NCBI GenBank assembly: GCA_963704725.1 | Contig: OY969934.1 | Coordinates: 1,696,001-1,760,000 of the forward strand | Direction: 5' to 3' | Length of the DNA stretch: 64,000 nt | From: an uncultured Actinomycetes bacterium | Lineage (GTDB): Bacteria; Actinomycetota; UBA4738; HRBIN12 | Shown here: one piece after another, positions 60,400 to 64,000 of the stretch | Numbering within the stretch: the stretch's first letter is position 1 | Layout: each line of letters begins with the position of its first letter | The notes under the pieces: generated by a model | What the model was told of the DNA's origin: nothing | Seen by the model: only the letters and a program-made list of their open reading frames with translations | Databases searched by the model: none | Program-made: the position numbers and the translations under genes

Positions 60400-60720
60400 A
60401 TGATCCAGCTCTCGGAGAACGCCGCCGGCAAGGTGAAGGACCTGCTCGCCGAGGAGGGCCGCGCCGACATCGCACTGCGGGTCGCCGTCCAGCCGGGCGG
60501 CTGCTCCGGTCTCCGGTACGCGATGTACCTCGACGACCAGCTCACGGAGAAGGACGTCGCCGAGGAGCAGTTCGGCGTCCGGATCGTGGTGGACCGCATG
60601 AGCATGCCGTACCTGTCCGAGGCGAAGGTCGACTTCGTGGACAGCCTGGAGGCCTCCGGCTTCACGATCGACAACCCGGTCGCGCAGGGCTCCTGCGCCT
60701 GCGGCCACTCCTTCCACTGA
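60400..60720 (+). CDS. iscA: A-type Fe-S carrier (HesB/IscA/ErpA family)
   Basis: GGCSG, DF...GF..DNP, SCACGHSF. Confidence 0.93.
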   Translation: MIQLSENAAGKVKDLLAEEGRADIALRVAVQPGGCSGLRYAMYLDDQLTEKDVAEEQFGVRIVVDRMSMPYLSEAKVDFVDSLEASGFTIDNPVAQGSCACGHSFH

Positions 60721-60753
60721 GCTCCGGGCTAATCCGAAACCGGACGGCCTGAG

Positions 60754-64000
<3,247 letters not shown>

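Overview
High-GC DNA that looks actinobacterial: it has an actinobacterial-type SOS box, apparently leaderless genes, a DUF222-HNH gene and a mycothiol-dependent enzyme family gene. In order, the window holds: a multi-PAS membrane sensor (partial); an orphan 2-oxoacid dehydrogenase E1 pair; an ACP-PlsC fusion; a ~11.5 kb copper-resistance region (CopRS-like two-component system, CcdA/redoxin/glutaredoxin, CsoR, two P1B ATPases, one with an unusual CPD motif); a complete lpdA-E1a-E1b-E2-lipB operon; a cobalamin riboswitch with btuFCD (btuD frameshifted); two signalling genes; an Fe-S/sulfur cluster (DUF59, rhodanese, sufB ... sufD-Rieske-sufCSU, iscA); an ECF sigma/anti-sigma pair; and metH (partial). 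The main finding is a ~11.8 kb defence-type island between sufB and sufD. It carries a type I restriction-modification system whose HsdR is fused to a C-terminal AlbA_2/Schlafen-like domain. HsdR is translationally coupled to a DNA-binding/DUF5678-like gene and a retropepsin-like aspartic protease gene. A GIY-YIG nuclease, VapBC and a DUF3024-like gene sit between hsdS and hsdR. Sequence-level regulatory signals include a four-copy Rrf2-like box before Fe-S genes, a candidate Cys-sensing attenuator, three FliA/WhiG-type promoters and CopR-like direct repeats. All family calls come from reading motifs by eye; no database search was run. Several start codons were moved from the supplied ORF track based on RBS or stop/start coupling.
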